From positions 2,046,001 through 2,110,000 of the forward strand of contig JAYWIR010000006.1 of NCBI GenBank assembly GCA_036172245.1: a DNA stretch of 64,000 bases. The letters run 5' to 3'. The notes beneath the pieces were generated by a model. It was not told the origin of the DNA, searched no databases, and was given only the letters and a program-made list of their open reading frames with translations. This DNA comes from Raillietiella orientalis. Taxonomy: Eukaryota. Positions 50,791 through 62,159 of this stretch are shown here, in pieces; the stretch's first letter is position 1; the number at the start of each line of letters is the position of its first letter. A program made the position numbers and the translations under genes.

Positions 50791-51949
50791 CCCCCTCTGC
50801 CCCCCTTCCCCCCTCCCAAGTAGGCGAGCGTTTCTTCAGCACTTGGAGGACCCCCAAAAAACTCGAATTCCAGATCTGGGATGCTCCTGCGTCACAGAGA
50901 GGTGTGCCACGAACAGGGGCGCACAAAACTCGTCTACCCCTTTTTCCTCCCGGAAAGCGGGACAAGCCCTAGATCCAGTGCGCTGCTGTAACGTCCTCGC
51001 TCGAGCAGGTTCTCCAAGCCGTACGTCTGCACATACGTGCCAACCCCTCGAAGCCGGCTCGCCTCCGGCCTGGCCTCGCGGCGAAGAGTGGGTGGTGGAA
51101 TGCACATGCGAGAAACCACAACCTCGTGGCTCTTCGGCATGACCCCTGCCGGCTTTTGGTTGCTCCTCCTCCAGGCGGCTGCAGCGGGAACCCAACTCTG
51201 GGATGGATTTCCTCCGCTGCGTCGCTTCCTGCTCACCTCGGAGCCCTCAACGCGGATCTTCTGGGCGAGGAGGGAAGGAACTTCCGAAAGGAACCATGAT
51301 GCTTGGAGCTTCCCCTTCGAATGCCTGCGGCGGATGAAGACGCTCCGCGGAAGCGGGGCGCGCATTCCCGCCGCCGACCTTCCTCCTCCTGCGGATCGAC
51401 CGTCTGTACGGTGCTGCTGTCACACGTGGGCGTCCAGCCGATCGAAGATTCCGCCGCAGACCTTCGCTAGCGCACTCCCTCCTTGCGGGAACCGGTGGAA
51501 GCAAAGGAGGGGCATCCCGGTGGGCGACGGCTGCACCGATCCTCGAGCCTCCTCCCAAGATTCGAGAGGATTGCGCTCGCGGCGGAGGCGTCAGCGCGTC
51601 CGGGGAGGACGCCCTCTGCTCTTCCTAAATGCCACATCCCGAAGGAGAAAGCTGGTGCTCCGTGACCCTCTACCGCGTTTTAGGTTCGCCACGCTGACCT
51701 TCACTACGATCGGGATTCTCCGATTCTGGAGGTCTACGTTTCGCCCAGGAATCGTTTCTTTCTGGGAACGTGTCTTCCTCTGATCCATCAACTTCAGACA
51801 TCTTTCGCGAGCTTCTCCTCGTCTCCCTCAGGCGGCTCAGCACGCGGCAGCGCTTCTCTTGCACTGGGCGTCTTCCATGCACCAAACTCCCGAATTGCCG
51901 AGAGAGCGGAACGCGGTAACCCCAAGGGGGGGGGGGGGGAATCGGGATA

Positions 51950-52350
51950 CTTTCAGCAGCTGCTATCGGACAGCGGAGCAGTACGCAGCTGGCAATCCCT
52001 TGTGGAGTTGCTGCTCATATCCACCACACCTGGACGACACCTTTGCCGCGGGCCTCTTCTCGCAAGACAGACTGCCTCAACTGCCTCAAGCGACCTCAAC
52101 GCTCTATTGCCGCCACAGGGGAGGCGGTGGCGGCTGAACGCCCCGACGGAGTCGCTCGAGCAGCCTCGGCGAGTCCCATCCACGTAACCACTTCCACGCG
52201 GAGGACAGCAACTAAGCAGTGTCACTCGGACGGAAGAGTAAATACCATCGCCCGAGTTACACACAGAATGCAGAAGATGAGGTGCTGTTAATTTGACGCT
52301 TTCTGCTTCTAACTCCCTCGTTCCTTCATTTCTATTTTCCTATTTATTGA
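51950..52350 (+). repeat. Unknown family copy, diverged
   Basis: PLW.....HLDDT....LFSQDRL.......LYCRHR resembles HLEGT....IFTQDQL.....RCCIR of the 53.8-kb copy. Followed by a T-rich trailer. Confidence 0.55.
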
Positions 52351-52484
52351 TCGCTTTCTTCGAGTCGTGCCAGCAGCCTGCTTCTGCGAGAAGGCTTCTG
52401 CCGCTGCCACCTACCGAAATCCGGTAGGAACCAGTCACCTAGGAACGCGTCATTACTGTTACTACTGAGCAATCCAGAACATCT

Positions 52485-53200
52485 TTCTCATCCCGGATGT
52501 ACATAACCGTTTATTTAAAATAAGTACATAAATAAACAACTACAAAACAGAGGATGATTGACTTGCCGGCACCAAACGAAAGGGTCCGAGACTGGGGATT
52601 TCACTAGGTAAGAGGAGAAGAGTGGATGAAAAGATGGTTAATAAAGAGACAAGTAGGTGGTGGCACGAGCCGGCTCCACGCTGATTGACGAGGATTGGCA
52701 AAAATCCAAGTCGGGTTTCAGCTCTACTCCATCCCTCGACCCAAATGAGGCGCCCTTTCTCTCTGCTTCTCATTTTGGGCCAGTTGTAACCACGTCGCAT
52801 GAGACCGATCGCCGCGGCTACCGCGAACGGCTGCTCTGAATGCTTCGCAGCTACGCCTTTCTTGCATCTTGGGTGCTGTTCTGTTGCTTCCTTCGGGTGG
52901 CAGAAGGTGGCCAGTCAGGAGTCAGCTCACGGTCCCGAATTCCTCGGATCACGTCATGGAGGGGCACTGCTGGGGAGTTAAGAGCGCCCCTGAGATGCGG
53001 GTCCAGAAGTCCGACGCACACTGGTTCGTCCCAGAAGCGCTTGCGCAAGGGTTGGCCACGACTGCGCGGAGGATACTTTCCTTGGGCATCATCGTCTCCG
53101 CGAGTGCGTGGCGGAGTTTCTCGCTGTGGTGCATGGGGGCTCCGTGCGCCGGCGGCAGGGTGGGCGGCTCCAGTAGAGAAGCACGAGGTCCCGAGGTCTT
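52485..53200 (-). repeat. Unknown family copy, diverged
   Basis: DFWTRISGALLTPQ (~DMWWRFASALRQPQ). 3' aataaacggttatgtacatccggga. Confidence 0.6.
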
Positions 53201-53470
53201 CTTGGCGAATCCTGACAATTCCCCCCCTCCTCCCTTCCCTGTGATCCCTGATCAGAGTCCTTGGGTGTAACGAGAAGAGGAGGATGGAGAACGAGGGTGT
53301 GGAGCTAGAAATTTCTCAATCGCGCAGGTCGCTTCACACGCTAAAAGACAACCCATTTCTTCCTCTTTTTACCTGAGTGAAGAGAGCGCAAGGCTCCCAT
53401 ACTCCTTAGGAAGCGAGGTCGCCCATGGTCCTTGCCATCGGAGAGTTTCCCTAAATAGCAAGGGCGTGCA

Positions 53471-54900
53471 TGGTTTGCAACCGGTCACGTCGGGATGTTT
53501 ATTTAAAAATAAATTGCAAGTCAAAAAAGAGAAGCTCAATAGGGATGGCCACCTGCCCCAGACCGGCTTCTAAAGAAGTCATGAGCGGGGTGAGAGGACA
53601 GTAAACAAATATAAAAAGACGGAAGGGTAGGGACAAGAGTCTTTGGTTTCAGCCACTCCTTTCTTCCTAGAGCTTGCGCTGAATGCTGGCGATCTCTCTG
53701 GAGACTTCTTGCAGGTGAGGCGCCACCTCGTTGGCATCCTCGTCCAGGCGGCTGCTATTCGGGTGACTCCATCCTGGAGCTGATTATCCCTATGACGCGG
53801 ATGCAGCATCTCGCCGGGATCACGGAGCCTGCCGTCAGCTGGTCTTGCGTAAAGATGCGCTACAGCAAGTCCGAAGCGGTGCCCTCCAGGTGGCGGACCG
53901 GCAGAGCGAGTCTCCGTCACATGTCCTCCAGGGTGCTGTAGTCCAATACAGCACGGTTCGGAGGACAGTTCAGGGAGGCGACTTCCCCGAAAACCCGGCG
54001 CCTGCTTTGGTTGCAGTGGAATCCCCAGTACAGAGACAGCAGGATATCCCGTGGTTTCCACCGCTGCAGAGGTGACACCGTCGTGTCTAAGCACAGGGGA
54101 GGGACCGTGAATTCTTCGGGGGCACATCAAGTAGGTCACTCCACTGGAGGAGTCCCTTTGTCAGGGAACAGTAGCACTGTGGCGTCCATCAACTCGCTCG
54201 TACTTACAGCCATCGAGGACTGGCAAGCGGCAGGACAGCTCCCGCCCCGCTGGCTGGCTACTGTCATCGTTTGCCCTAGGACGCTTCCTGCCCTCAGGGC
54301 AGACAGTGCTGCGACAGTGTGTGCGACGGCTATCCGGGGACCACTGCATCCAGTACTTCAGGAGATCTCCTAGCGGCTTGCATGGGAGTTTCTGAAGCGG
54401 ACGGAGTTTCTCCGGAAGCACATCCAGAGTGGCAACCCAAGACTCCAATTCTTCCTGCCGCCGTGCATGGAAGCGATGTGGGAGAGGGTGCACTTCTGGT
54501 GGGAAAGCGCCTCGGGAACCCCGAGGCGCTTTCATCCACCCTGAGTGACTGGGCAAAAAGCGTCGTCTCTCCTTCCGGTCAGACCGCTACCATCTTTTCG
54601 GAGCTTCAGAAGGTACGGACTGTCCTCGCATCGCTGCACCATCGCGGATCGGATTTTTCGTATCCTCTGAGCGCTCGTAACACCTCTCTCGATGAGAACA
54701 CAGCGCCATCCTTACTCTCTTTGCAGACGACCTCCGGGCAGTCCGAGTCTACCTCTGTCAACGCCGTCGCCGCTTCTATCCCACAGCGGACGCGCGCTGT
54801 GGTGGTGACGGAGAGGAAATATCGGCCCTATGGACCACCCGTTTCTGAGGGACGCCGCTCGGTCCTCAAGAGATCAATTCTTCGCTTTCGAGGCGGTTGG
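53471..54900 (-). repeat. Unknown family, long copy (second subfamily)
   Basis: LDTTVSPLQRWKPRDILLSLYWG...DM*RRLALPVRHLEGTASDLL*RIFTQDQL..GSVIPARCCIR. 3' motif AATAAACATCCCGACGTGACCGGTTGCAAACC (53503-53472). Confidence 0.8.
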
Positions 54901-55257
54901 TTACGCGTGGTGCGGGACTCCTGTTCCCCGAATCCTGATCTCCTTCCCCTCCCCTCTCCCTTTACCTCCCGTTTTCCAAATGTCGCCGATAAGAGCGTCC
55001 CACTTGACATATCGGTGGCAGTTGCGTCGTTGCCTTCTCACGATAACCGAGGAACGTTCCCGCCGTGAGCGAAGAAGGCTCCGTGCTCGCTCCGCACGGG
55101 AAGAGCTTGCGTCCGTCCCCCTCTCCATCAGCTCACGATGCTGTCGCGCTCCCCCAGGATTCGATTGCAGCAGCGTCTCGGAGCGACTCAAGCGTCGGGA
55201 TGCACTCCTAGCTCTCCCTTCCCGACGCGTGCGTGAGGGCGGGAGGGCGAGAGCCTC

Positions 55258-56240
55258 TTAACTCCTTTCGCGGGCCTCCCCGACTTTCTCTTTTCGCTCC
55301 CGCTCGCGCTCTGGGGGGTTTCCGACCTCCCTCCCTCCCAGGAAAGTAGGGAAATCAGAGCGCGCACCCGTAGAGTTCGGGTCCCAAACGGGTTCGGAAC
55401 GCTTGCTGGTCGCCTTTGTCCTCGATAAACGGAGCAGTGCCTGCCGGAGCAATTCGACCCCCCAGTGCACCGCCAGGAAGCAATCCCTCAGTGATTGATG
55501 ACGACGAAAAGTGCTCGGGTCCGTGATTACAGCCATGGGGGAGGAAGGGGGTACCTCGTTTGCAGCCCGCGGTTCCGTGCACCAGACGACTCTTCAAGAA
55601 CGCCTGAGTGCAGCGACGTCATTCACGCGTTCTCGGTCGTGGACGCGATTCGTGTACATGACGGACGGAAACACGCGGGGCGTGCACGTGACGGACATCC
55701 GCGTGCGAGCGAGAGGAAGAACGTGCTGTCGCCAGCGGTCGCACCTGCGTCTGCGTTCCGGTTGCGTGGAAGTCTATGCGTTCGACGGAGATGAGGTGAT
55801 CTGAGGTGGATGCAGCTCGGGTCAGGAGGTGCTCTCCGAAAAACAAGCAAACAAATGCGGTGCGGTTCCAATGGCACGAGTTCCGAGAATCGCGGCAGGT
55901 GCTTTGGCAACACTGGCAAGGCGAGGAAGCGCGCAAATACCGAGAAATTCATCCGGAGCGCGGAGGTACGGACGGAGGAGGACGCTGGACGCGTGATGGT
56001 ACGAGTCGCAGCGCCACCTTAACGTGTGCTCATGAAACACACACACATACACGCACGCAAAATTACGCGCACGTTCGGCTGAGGTGCGAAGTCTTTGCAA
56101 AGGCTTCGCAAGCGCTAAGAACGGAACTGGCGATTATGCAGGTAATCCACCGGAAGTTCACGGGGCGTATCTACCGGAAGTGCAAGACACGACACTTGTG
56201 TGAGCTGCATCGCTTGAACATTCGCTGCCCTGTGTAATCC
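55258..56240 (+). mobile_element. Internally deleted piggyBac remnant
   Basis: TTAA-CTCCTTTCGC possible left end. LDKRS...NST (~W.DKR.V..LST); KSARVRDYSHGGG (~KP..V.DYN..MGGVD); SVVDAIRVH (~SVVNA.ILY); AFRL; RLRCEV....RKFT...RKCK..LCELH (Cys-rich tail). No right TIR found. Confidence 0.6.
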
Positions 56241-56429
56241 TTCCGCCCTTTGTCTCCAGTGAGCGCTTTCCCTGGAGCTCGCTCGGATCTCCGGCGTGGC
56301 CGAGATCAAAACGGAACCCGCCTAATGATGTTTGCAAGCTGGATAACTGAGGTCTTTAGCGCCCATTGTGATGATTTAACGTGAAATTTGGATCAGCTCC
56401 GATTCCACAGTTCCTTGGTTGCTTTTTTT

Positions 56430-56455
56430 TTGTGTGTGTATGTGTGTGTGTGTGT
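56430..56455 (+). repeat. (TG)n microsatellite
   Basis: Direct reading. Other simple repeats at ~17953 (GT), ~28349 (CT), ~30725 (CACACG), ~36618 (TTG), ~56036 (CA). Confidence 0.9.
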
Positions 56456-57249
56456 CTGTTTCTCCGGAAAGGCGACCTGGTCTCTTGATGACACATTGAT
56501 TTTTTAACCCCTCGAAACTCTCTTTCTGCAGCCAGTTCTGCGCCAGCCGTTTGACGAGATTCGGAGGTCGTCTCGGAATCTCCCACAGATCATTCGGTGT
56601 GCGTGCGTTCCTTTGGCTTGTTTTCCTTTGTGTACCTCGGAAAAAGAGGCCGCGATGGTTCGCGAAACTGTCGCGTCTCCATCCGACCTTCAAGTGGGGG
56701 CTGACCTGACCTGTGTTTCCTGAGGTCGGTGGCTCTTGCAACGCCTTTGTCACCTCGCCTCTCTGCCGCCTAAAAGAAATTCCCGGATGTACGAAGAAAC
56801 GCCCAGGAAGATTTCAGGAAAAGAGACGTCACCGACTTTGACCCTCGCTAGTGCTCACGACCTCGCTCCTCAAACCTGAGCCGTCGATGGCGCGGTGGGA
56901 AGCCGGACTCCTCTCCCTGATCGCGCCGAAAAAGTGCGCGGGATCTAGAGATGGCGTCCCGCCTACCATGTCGGGCAGACTGCTCGCTGCTCTTCCGCCC
57001 TGCCTTCCGGAACAGCACTGGTTAGCCGGCGTTATTTCACAAGTGACTGAGAGCCACGTCAGAGTGCTATAACGGGACACGGGATACAGATGACTATCCA
57101 GGGGCTTTGCCGTGCTATTCGGAATTCGCGGTGGCTGAAGGAACAAGGAGTCTCCTCATCTGACCTCCTTAAAGGGGAAATGTTCCCATCAGTTTCTCGT
57201 TGATTTGCAAGAAAAAAAAAAAAATTTCCTGACGTTTCCTGGTAACGAA

Positions 57250-58560
57250 ATATTGATGAGGCTGAAGAAGCGTCTCAGTCAATTATTCTCTGTTTATCTA
57301 GCGTGAAGTACATCAGACTATTAGGCAAAGAGACATTCCAGCCTCATGAGCTACACAAAGTGCAGCCCACTAATAATTACCTGCTCTTGCATCGGTTCTG
57401 GTATTGCTTTCACCGCCTTAAAATGGTAGGAAGCTGTGTCGTGAGGAAAAATTATCAGTGATGCATCTTGGGAGGAGGCACAAGGAAGAAGGAATCGCAT
57501 GCCTTGCGTTGGCTCTCGTTCCGATATTCGGGCAGGCTGGAAGGATAAAAGGAGAAGAAGGAATAGGAAAAAAAGCTCTCCTCGTCTCGGGAAGACCGTG
57601 CATTAAAAAAATGAGGAGTTTCAGAGCCCACGTTGCCAAGTCGCAAGTTTCATTATCATCCTCGTCGTCATTATCATCGTGCCGGCGATGATGGATTCCA
57701 GGATTAATAAAGCAGGGGAGAGAGACAAACTGCCGCCGATGTTCGCCTACTCTCGCTCCCTGATGCAGCTTCGATTTCTTTTGCATTCCAGAGTTCCTAT
57801 TCATGAGCTCTTCAATTTGTCCCCCTCCCCCTTTTTTTTTTCTCGGGGAGCATCCTCAGATGATTGAGTTTCTCGAACTCGATGCGGGGAAGGAGGAAAA
57901 ACGTATCATTTCGTCAAAGCCCAGAAGATTTGGCTCTTCCTCCTCTTAATTAATGAATTCCGCGACCAAATTGACTCTTATCTCAGGCGTCTGTAAATAT
58001 TTATTCATCAAGCATTTTCCATTACCTTGGAGCTCCTCGTGTTGCCTTCAATTTGTGAGATAATTTCAATCACCGCCCTGCAATTGCTTTTCCCTCTCGC
58101 GGAATCCGGCCTGAGGTGCTGCTGCCTGGAACATCCTGGAAGGCTATCTGGTTTTCCCGTGCGGGGAAGGTCCGACCACTTCTGCACAGGCGTCGTCCGT
58201 TCGAGTTTTGACCGGTGCGCGCTCTTAGACGAGAACCCGCTCGCCTCTAGGCACCAATCCCCTCTTCGCCCTGTGTCCGGGAATAAGGCAGGGATTTTTT
58301 TTTCTTGGAGGGGGGTGGGGATGGGGGATGGGTAGGGAAGAACTCAGGTGGACTACAACCGATTCTTCTTTGCCTGAAAACTCTCAGCGGGTTGGGTTCG
58401 ATCGCTTGCGTTCCTCCGCGCAGCTTTGATGCCTTCCGTACATCCAACAGTGAGACCGTAACCAAGAGACAAGAAGAATTGTCAGAGACCCTTTCTCGAA
58501 CTTCCAACGGCAACAAGCGACTTTCCACAAGGCCGCGAGAGTGAAGAGCGGTTTCCCGTA
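57250..58560 (-). mobile_element. Decayed LINE ORF2 (linker plus RT)
   Basis: IEIISQIEGNTRSS (~EI..II..L...KSS), SLIK....IFWALTK*YVFP (~SL..G..P..W..AKV.P), WALKLLIFL. Confidence 0.5.
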
Positions 58561-58689
58561 ACACGGTTCGGCAGCTTCATCTCAGATCTCCAGAAAGATT
58601 TCCTCGTCTCCGGACCTGCTTCCCCAGAGGCTTCTTTCCCTCGTGATGCCACCTGATGGTATCTCACTGCCGATCTGGGTTCAGCTCGA

Positions 58690-59890
58690 CAATGGTCTTC
58701 GAAGGGAACTCCGAAGGGAACCTCTCCTTTTTACCCCTCTGAAGAGAACCCCGAAAGGAACCCCGAACCCTTCCCAATTTCTCTGAAGGGAGCTCCCCGA
58801 AGGGAGCAGAGCGCTTATTACGCTCTAGAGAGGTAAACCCTCCGATGGAAGTATCAGCCAGCCCCATGGTACGGCTTCACTTTCACAACTGGAGGAAACC
58901 CCGTGGCTCCTTGATTCCTGGAAGAATCCCGGAGCGTCAACTTCCAATCCCGGAAGTTCACGCGACGGAGGTATCCGCTTTCCGGCTTCCACCACTGCCA
59001 CACTCTGTGTCACCAGTGCTCCAGTGGAAATCTCCAGAAGGTGAAGAGGACTGGGCGAGTGGATGGCGGGCCAGCTCACGAACACTGCGACCCCGAGAGC
59101 TCGATCTCGTATACTTTTGCGCTTGGGTGTGTTACTGGGTATTCTGGAGGGAGACCTGCAGTGACACCTGGTGCTCATAAACACCCACACCCTCCCCTTG
59201 GAGTGGCAGGAGTTAATATTGATGCTGCTGCACTGGGGCCTTCTGTACAACGCTCCCCGGCATCTGTGGACACGGGGTGTGGGTGGACCCAAACTTAGCA
59301 AGGTGCTGGAAGAGGAAATCCCTCCCGCACCTCCTAGTGTTGCCCTCCGACCCCTTTGGGGACGCTTCGCCGCGACCCTTGGAACCCCTGGCGGAAACCC
59401 CAGTAACCTCTTGAAGCGCTTCTTCCTGCGCGACACCCTCACGCCGGTCGCATCCCCAGCAGCACTTTGCTGCCCACGCGACGGGACCGTGGCTGCATGG
59501 AGCAGCGCCAGATGCCAGGACGACAGGGACTCCATCTATTTTGCTGTTCACTTCATGAGGACAGCATCAAGGTGGTCCCATTTGGGAATCTTGAAACAGG
59601 AATTTTCCGCCATCCTTACAAGGATTCAGAGGACATCCTCCAGCACACAGTGATCCCTTCCCGAACCCCCCCATTTTTTTGACTGTATGTTTTATGTTTT
59701 ATTTTTTTTTTCTTTTTGTTTGTCTTCCCTCCCCCTGTGCTGCCGAGGCGAACCCCGCTGGACTGCGTGCCGCTTCGCGGCAGGTTCCTTCTCGTAGTTA
59801 TAAGCAACGTGGCAGGATCAAACGTTCTGCCACAGTCCTGCCTGTGTTTATTTCATTTATAAGGTCCCCGGGGTGACCGGGTGTCAACCA
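58690..59890 (+). repeat. Unknown family copy, best preserved (5' module, ORF, 3' hairpin)
   Basis: Collinear with 12940-13270 plus 14100-14768, and with 33950-34850. Confidence 0.9.
59171..59653 (+). CDS. 160-aa open reading frame of the unknown family (hypothetical; true start unknown, probably the C-terminal part of a longer ancestral ORF)
   Basis: The only copy where the family-conserved frame is uninterrupted. The same residues recur in copies whose DNA similarity is weak. GTG start, so present-day expression is doubtful. Confidence 0.4.
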   Translation: MLINTHTLPLEWQELILMLLHWGLLYNAPRHLWTRGVGGPKLSKVLEEEIPPAPPSVALRPLWGRFAATLGTPGGNPSNLLKRFFLRDTLTPVASPAALCCPRDGTVAAWSSARCQDDRDSIYFAVHFMRTASRWSHLGILKQEFSAILTRIQRTSSSTQ

Positions 59891-60294
59891 CTGCCGCAGC
59901 CGAAGACAACCGAGGTCCACCAGCTCCATCCTGCGCGGGAACTTCGAAAACAACGACGCACCCATCAGTTTCTCGGAGTCGATCCTCCACGTGCGGATTC
60001 GAACCCGCAGCGCTTGGCACCATGCGTGGAGACCGCAGCCACACACAAGATTCACATCGAAAATTCGAGGTCACACAAAGATATCGAAGGAAGGGATTTT
60101 GCACAGCTCGAGCCGCTTTGTCCATTCTGCAGCTTTGTGGCTGTTTCAAACTCGGTTGCGCGGAGCCGTTTGTTTAAGGCAAACAAACGCGCACTGCATG
60201 CCCTGAGGGCACGAGGCGGGGAATGCCAACAACACGCAGCTCGGCTCTCCCCGACCAAGAGGGAAGACGCGCTCAGCACAGAGGGGTTGAGGGA

Positions 60295-60745
60295 ATAAAA
60301 ATAAATAAATCAATGAATATGCGGTATGGGGAAACACCGGGCGCACAACATTCCCTGTTTCCGGGAAATGGAAGAGGAGGGAAGGCAAGGAATGGTGTCA
60401 GTCCCGCGTCTTTCTCGCAGCCTTCCCGCGGTTTGGGAGGCATCCTCGGTGATACCGGGACGGAGGTGAGGCCACCCTCCGCGTCACGTATGGGATGAAG
60501 CGACTGGCCGTCCTCCGGAACCGCCTCGGCCCCACCGCGCGGCGATTCGCGGCCACCGCCCAGACTCAACGAGACGTCGTTGCCAGCGGTGTGGGCGGCC
60601 GACAGCCCCCGCGACATGAAGAACCGCCGCAGAAAGCTGCCGTCGAGGGGAGTCCTCTGGGTGCAGGAGGGGTGCTGTCAGTCGTTGCCACCCGCCGCGG
60701 AGGAACTCGTAGCTTCTTGGTTGTGGTTGAAGGACCGTCTTTGAC
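60295..60745 (-). repeat. Unknown family copy, diverged
   Basis: WQRLTAPLLHPED / SFLRRFFMSRGL (~WWRFASALRQPQD..NLLQRFFTGCGL). Confidence 0.65.
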
Positions 60746-60759
60746 GAGTGTTTCTTGTC

Positions 60760-61200
60760 TCCTTATCTAGCCGAAGACTTTGTAGTTGGGTGAATTCACC
60801 TCTGCAGTTTGAACTCCCAACCTTTCATGAGGCACAGACGTTCTTCGCTGTTTTTTGCACGCCAAGTCCTCTCCCTAGATTTTCCGTGTTGCGCGGATGG
60901 AAATGTTGGTGCTCTCCTTGCGGATCGACTAGATTGGTAGGTATCTCTCCGTGGTTTGAAGGATGCATGTCGGAAGACGCCGGCATCATCGGGGAGACCA
61001 ACGCCACGATGCATGGCAGCAGGATGAACATTTACAGATGAAGATTTGCAAATGGTCACCGTAGGCGTTAATGCATTCGGTCCAACCGTGAAGAATAAGT
61101 TGGTATCAAGTGCTCGGCCACCAGTGTGCTCAGGTGCACCTGATAAGAACAACCTTCTGATCTCAGATAACAAGACCATTTGAATAAATAAATAAATAAA
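60760..61200 (+). mobile_element. 5'-truncated CR1-like LINE 3' end with a (TAAA)n tail
   Basis: EFTSAV*TP (~EYAS.VWSP), EAQTFF, RMEMLVLSL (~RL..L.L.SL), TMHGSRMNIYR (~TRGH.MKL), then aataaataaataaataaa at 61183-61200. Confidence 0.65.
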
Positions 61201-62100
61201 GGCAGGTACAGTGAGAGGTCGACATGAGTCTGTCCGTACCCAAAGAGACTTGAGACGGAACTAGGGGACGGAGGAGACAGTTAATAAATAGGGAATGGGG
61301 TGGAGCGCCCTCACGCCAATGAACGCGATTCCCGAAGGCCTGTGCCGGACAGGGAAGGGAGTGCGTTCGCCGTTTTCGGGTCGGTCGTCCTACAGTCGCC
61401 TGAAGGTTCCCTTGTACTCTGCATCCCGGGCTGGGACACTTCGCTGCCCTCCTTCCGCATGCAGGCGATGGTTCCTTGAGATGGCTGCCACGCTCTTCCT
61501 GCGGTTTGACGAACATTTCTCCTCTCATGTAGCAGGGGATCGCCGAAGTGGAGGAGGCAGCTGGCAAGACTGGAGAAGTGGACAGCTCTCTCAGAAGGCC
61601 CTTTGGGGCAGCATCGGCGGACTGAGGTGCTTCTGGGATTTGCTTCCGTCCCTGACCCAGCCCTTCACGTTCAGAAAGCACGTGCGGAAGAGTCTCCACT
61701 GTGCCACAGAGGACACTTTCCTTACTCTCCCCGTTGAGGCGTGGTGGTGTTCCTTATTACCGGGGAAACCAGAAAGGCCAGGGAAGAGCCACGCTGTGCA
61801 TTGGATTGCACGGGAGCTCCTGCTGCTTCCTCAGCACAGGGCACATTCAATTCTCGGATGATAGATTCATTCGTGCTGCTGCCCGGCTCGTCGTCCTCGT
61901 CGTCAGAGGAATTGCATATCGCTAAGAGAACGGTAGCTGCGGAAGACGTCGAGCTCCGAATGAGACGCTGCCTCGTGTGCTGAATCGCGGCTTGGCGCTG
62001 TTTGCCCTCCAGCACGTTCGGCGACCCGAACGCACTGTTCCACCGGTTGAAGACGGCGACAAAAGGGAGCTAGGAAGTGGTCTCTTGCGGTGAGCTCATC
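61200..62100 (-). repeat. Unknown family copy, diverged
   Basis: VIRNTTTP, QWRLF, APKGLLRELSTSPVLPAASSTSAIPCYMR. Trailer ccacccc..ccctatttatt..tgtctcctcc matches 40092-40135. Confidence 0.65.
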
Positions 62101-62159
62101 CCTGAAGACCTCTTGTCCCCGTTCGGATCTGGCTCTGCCTAAGGGAAGGAGTGTGGTCA

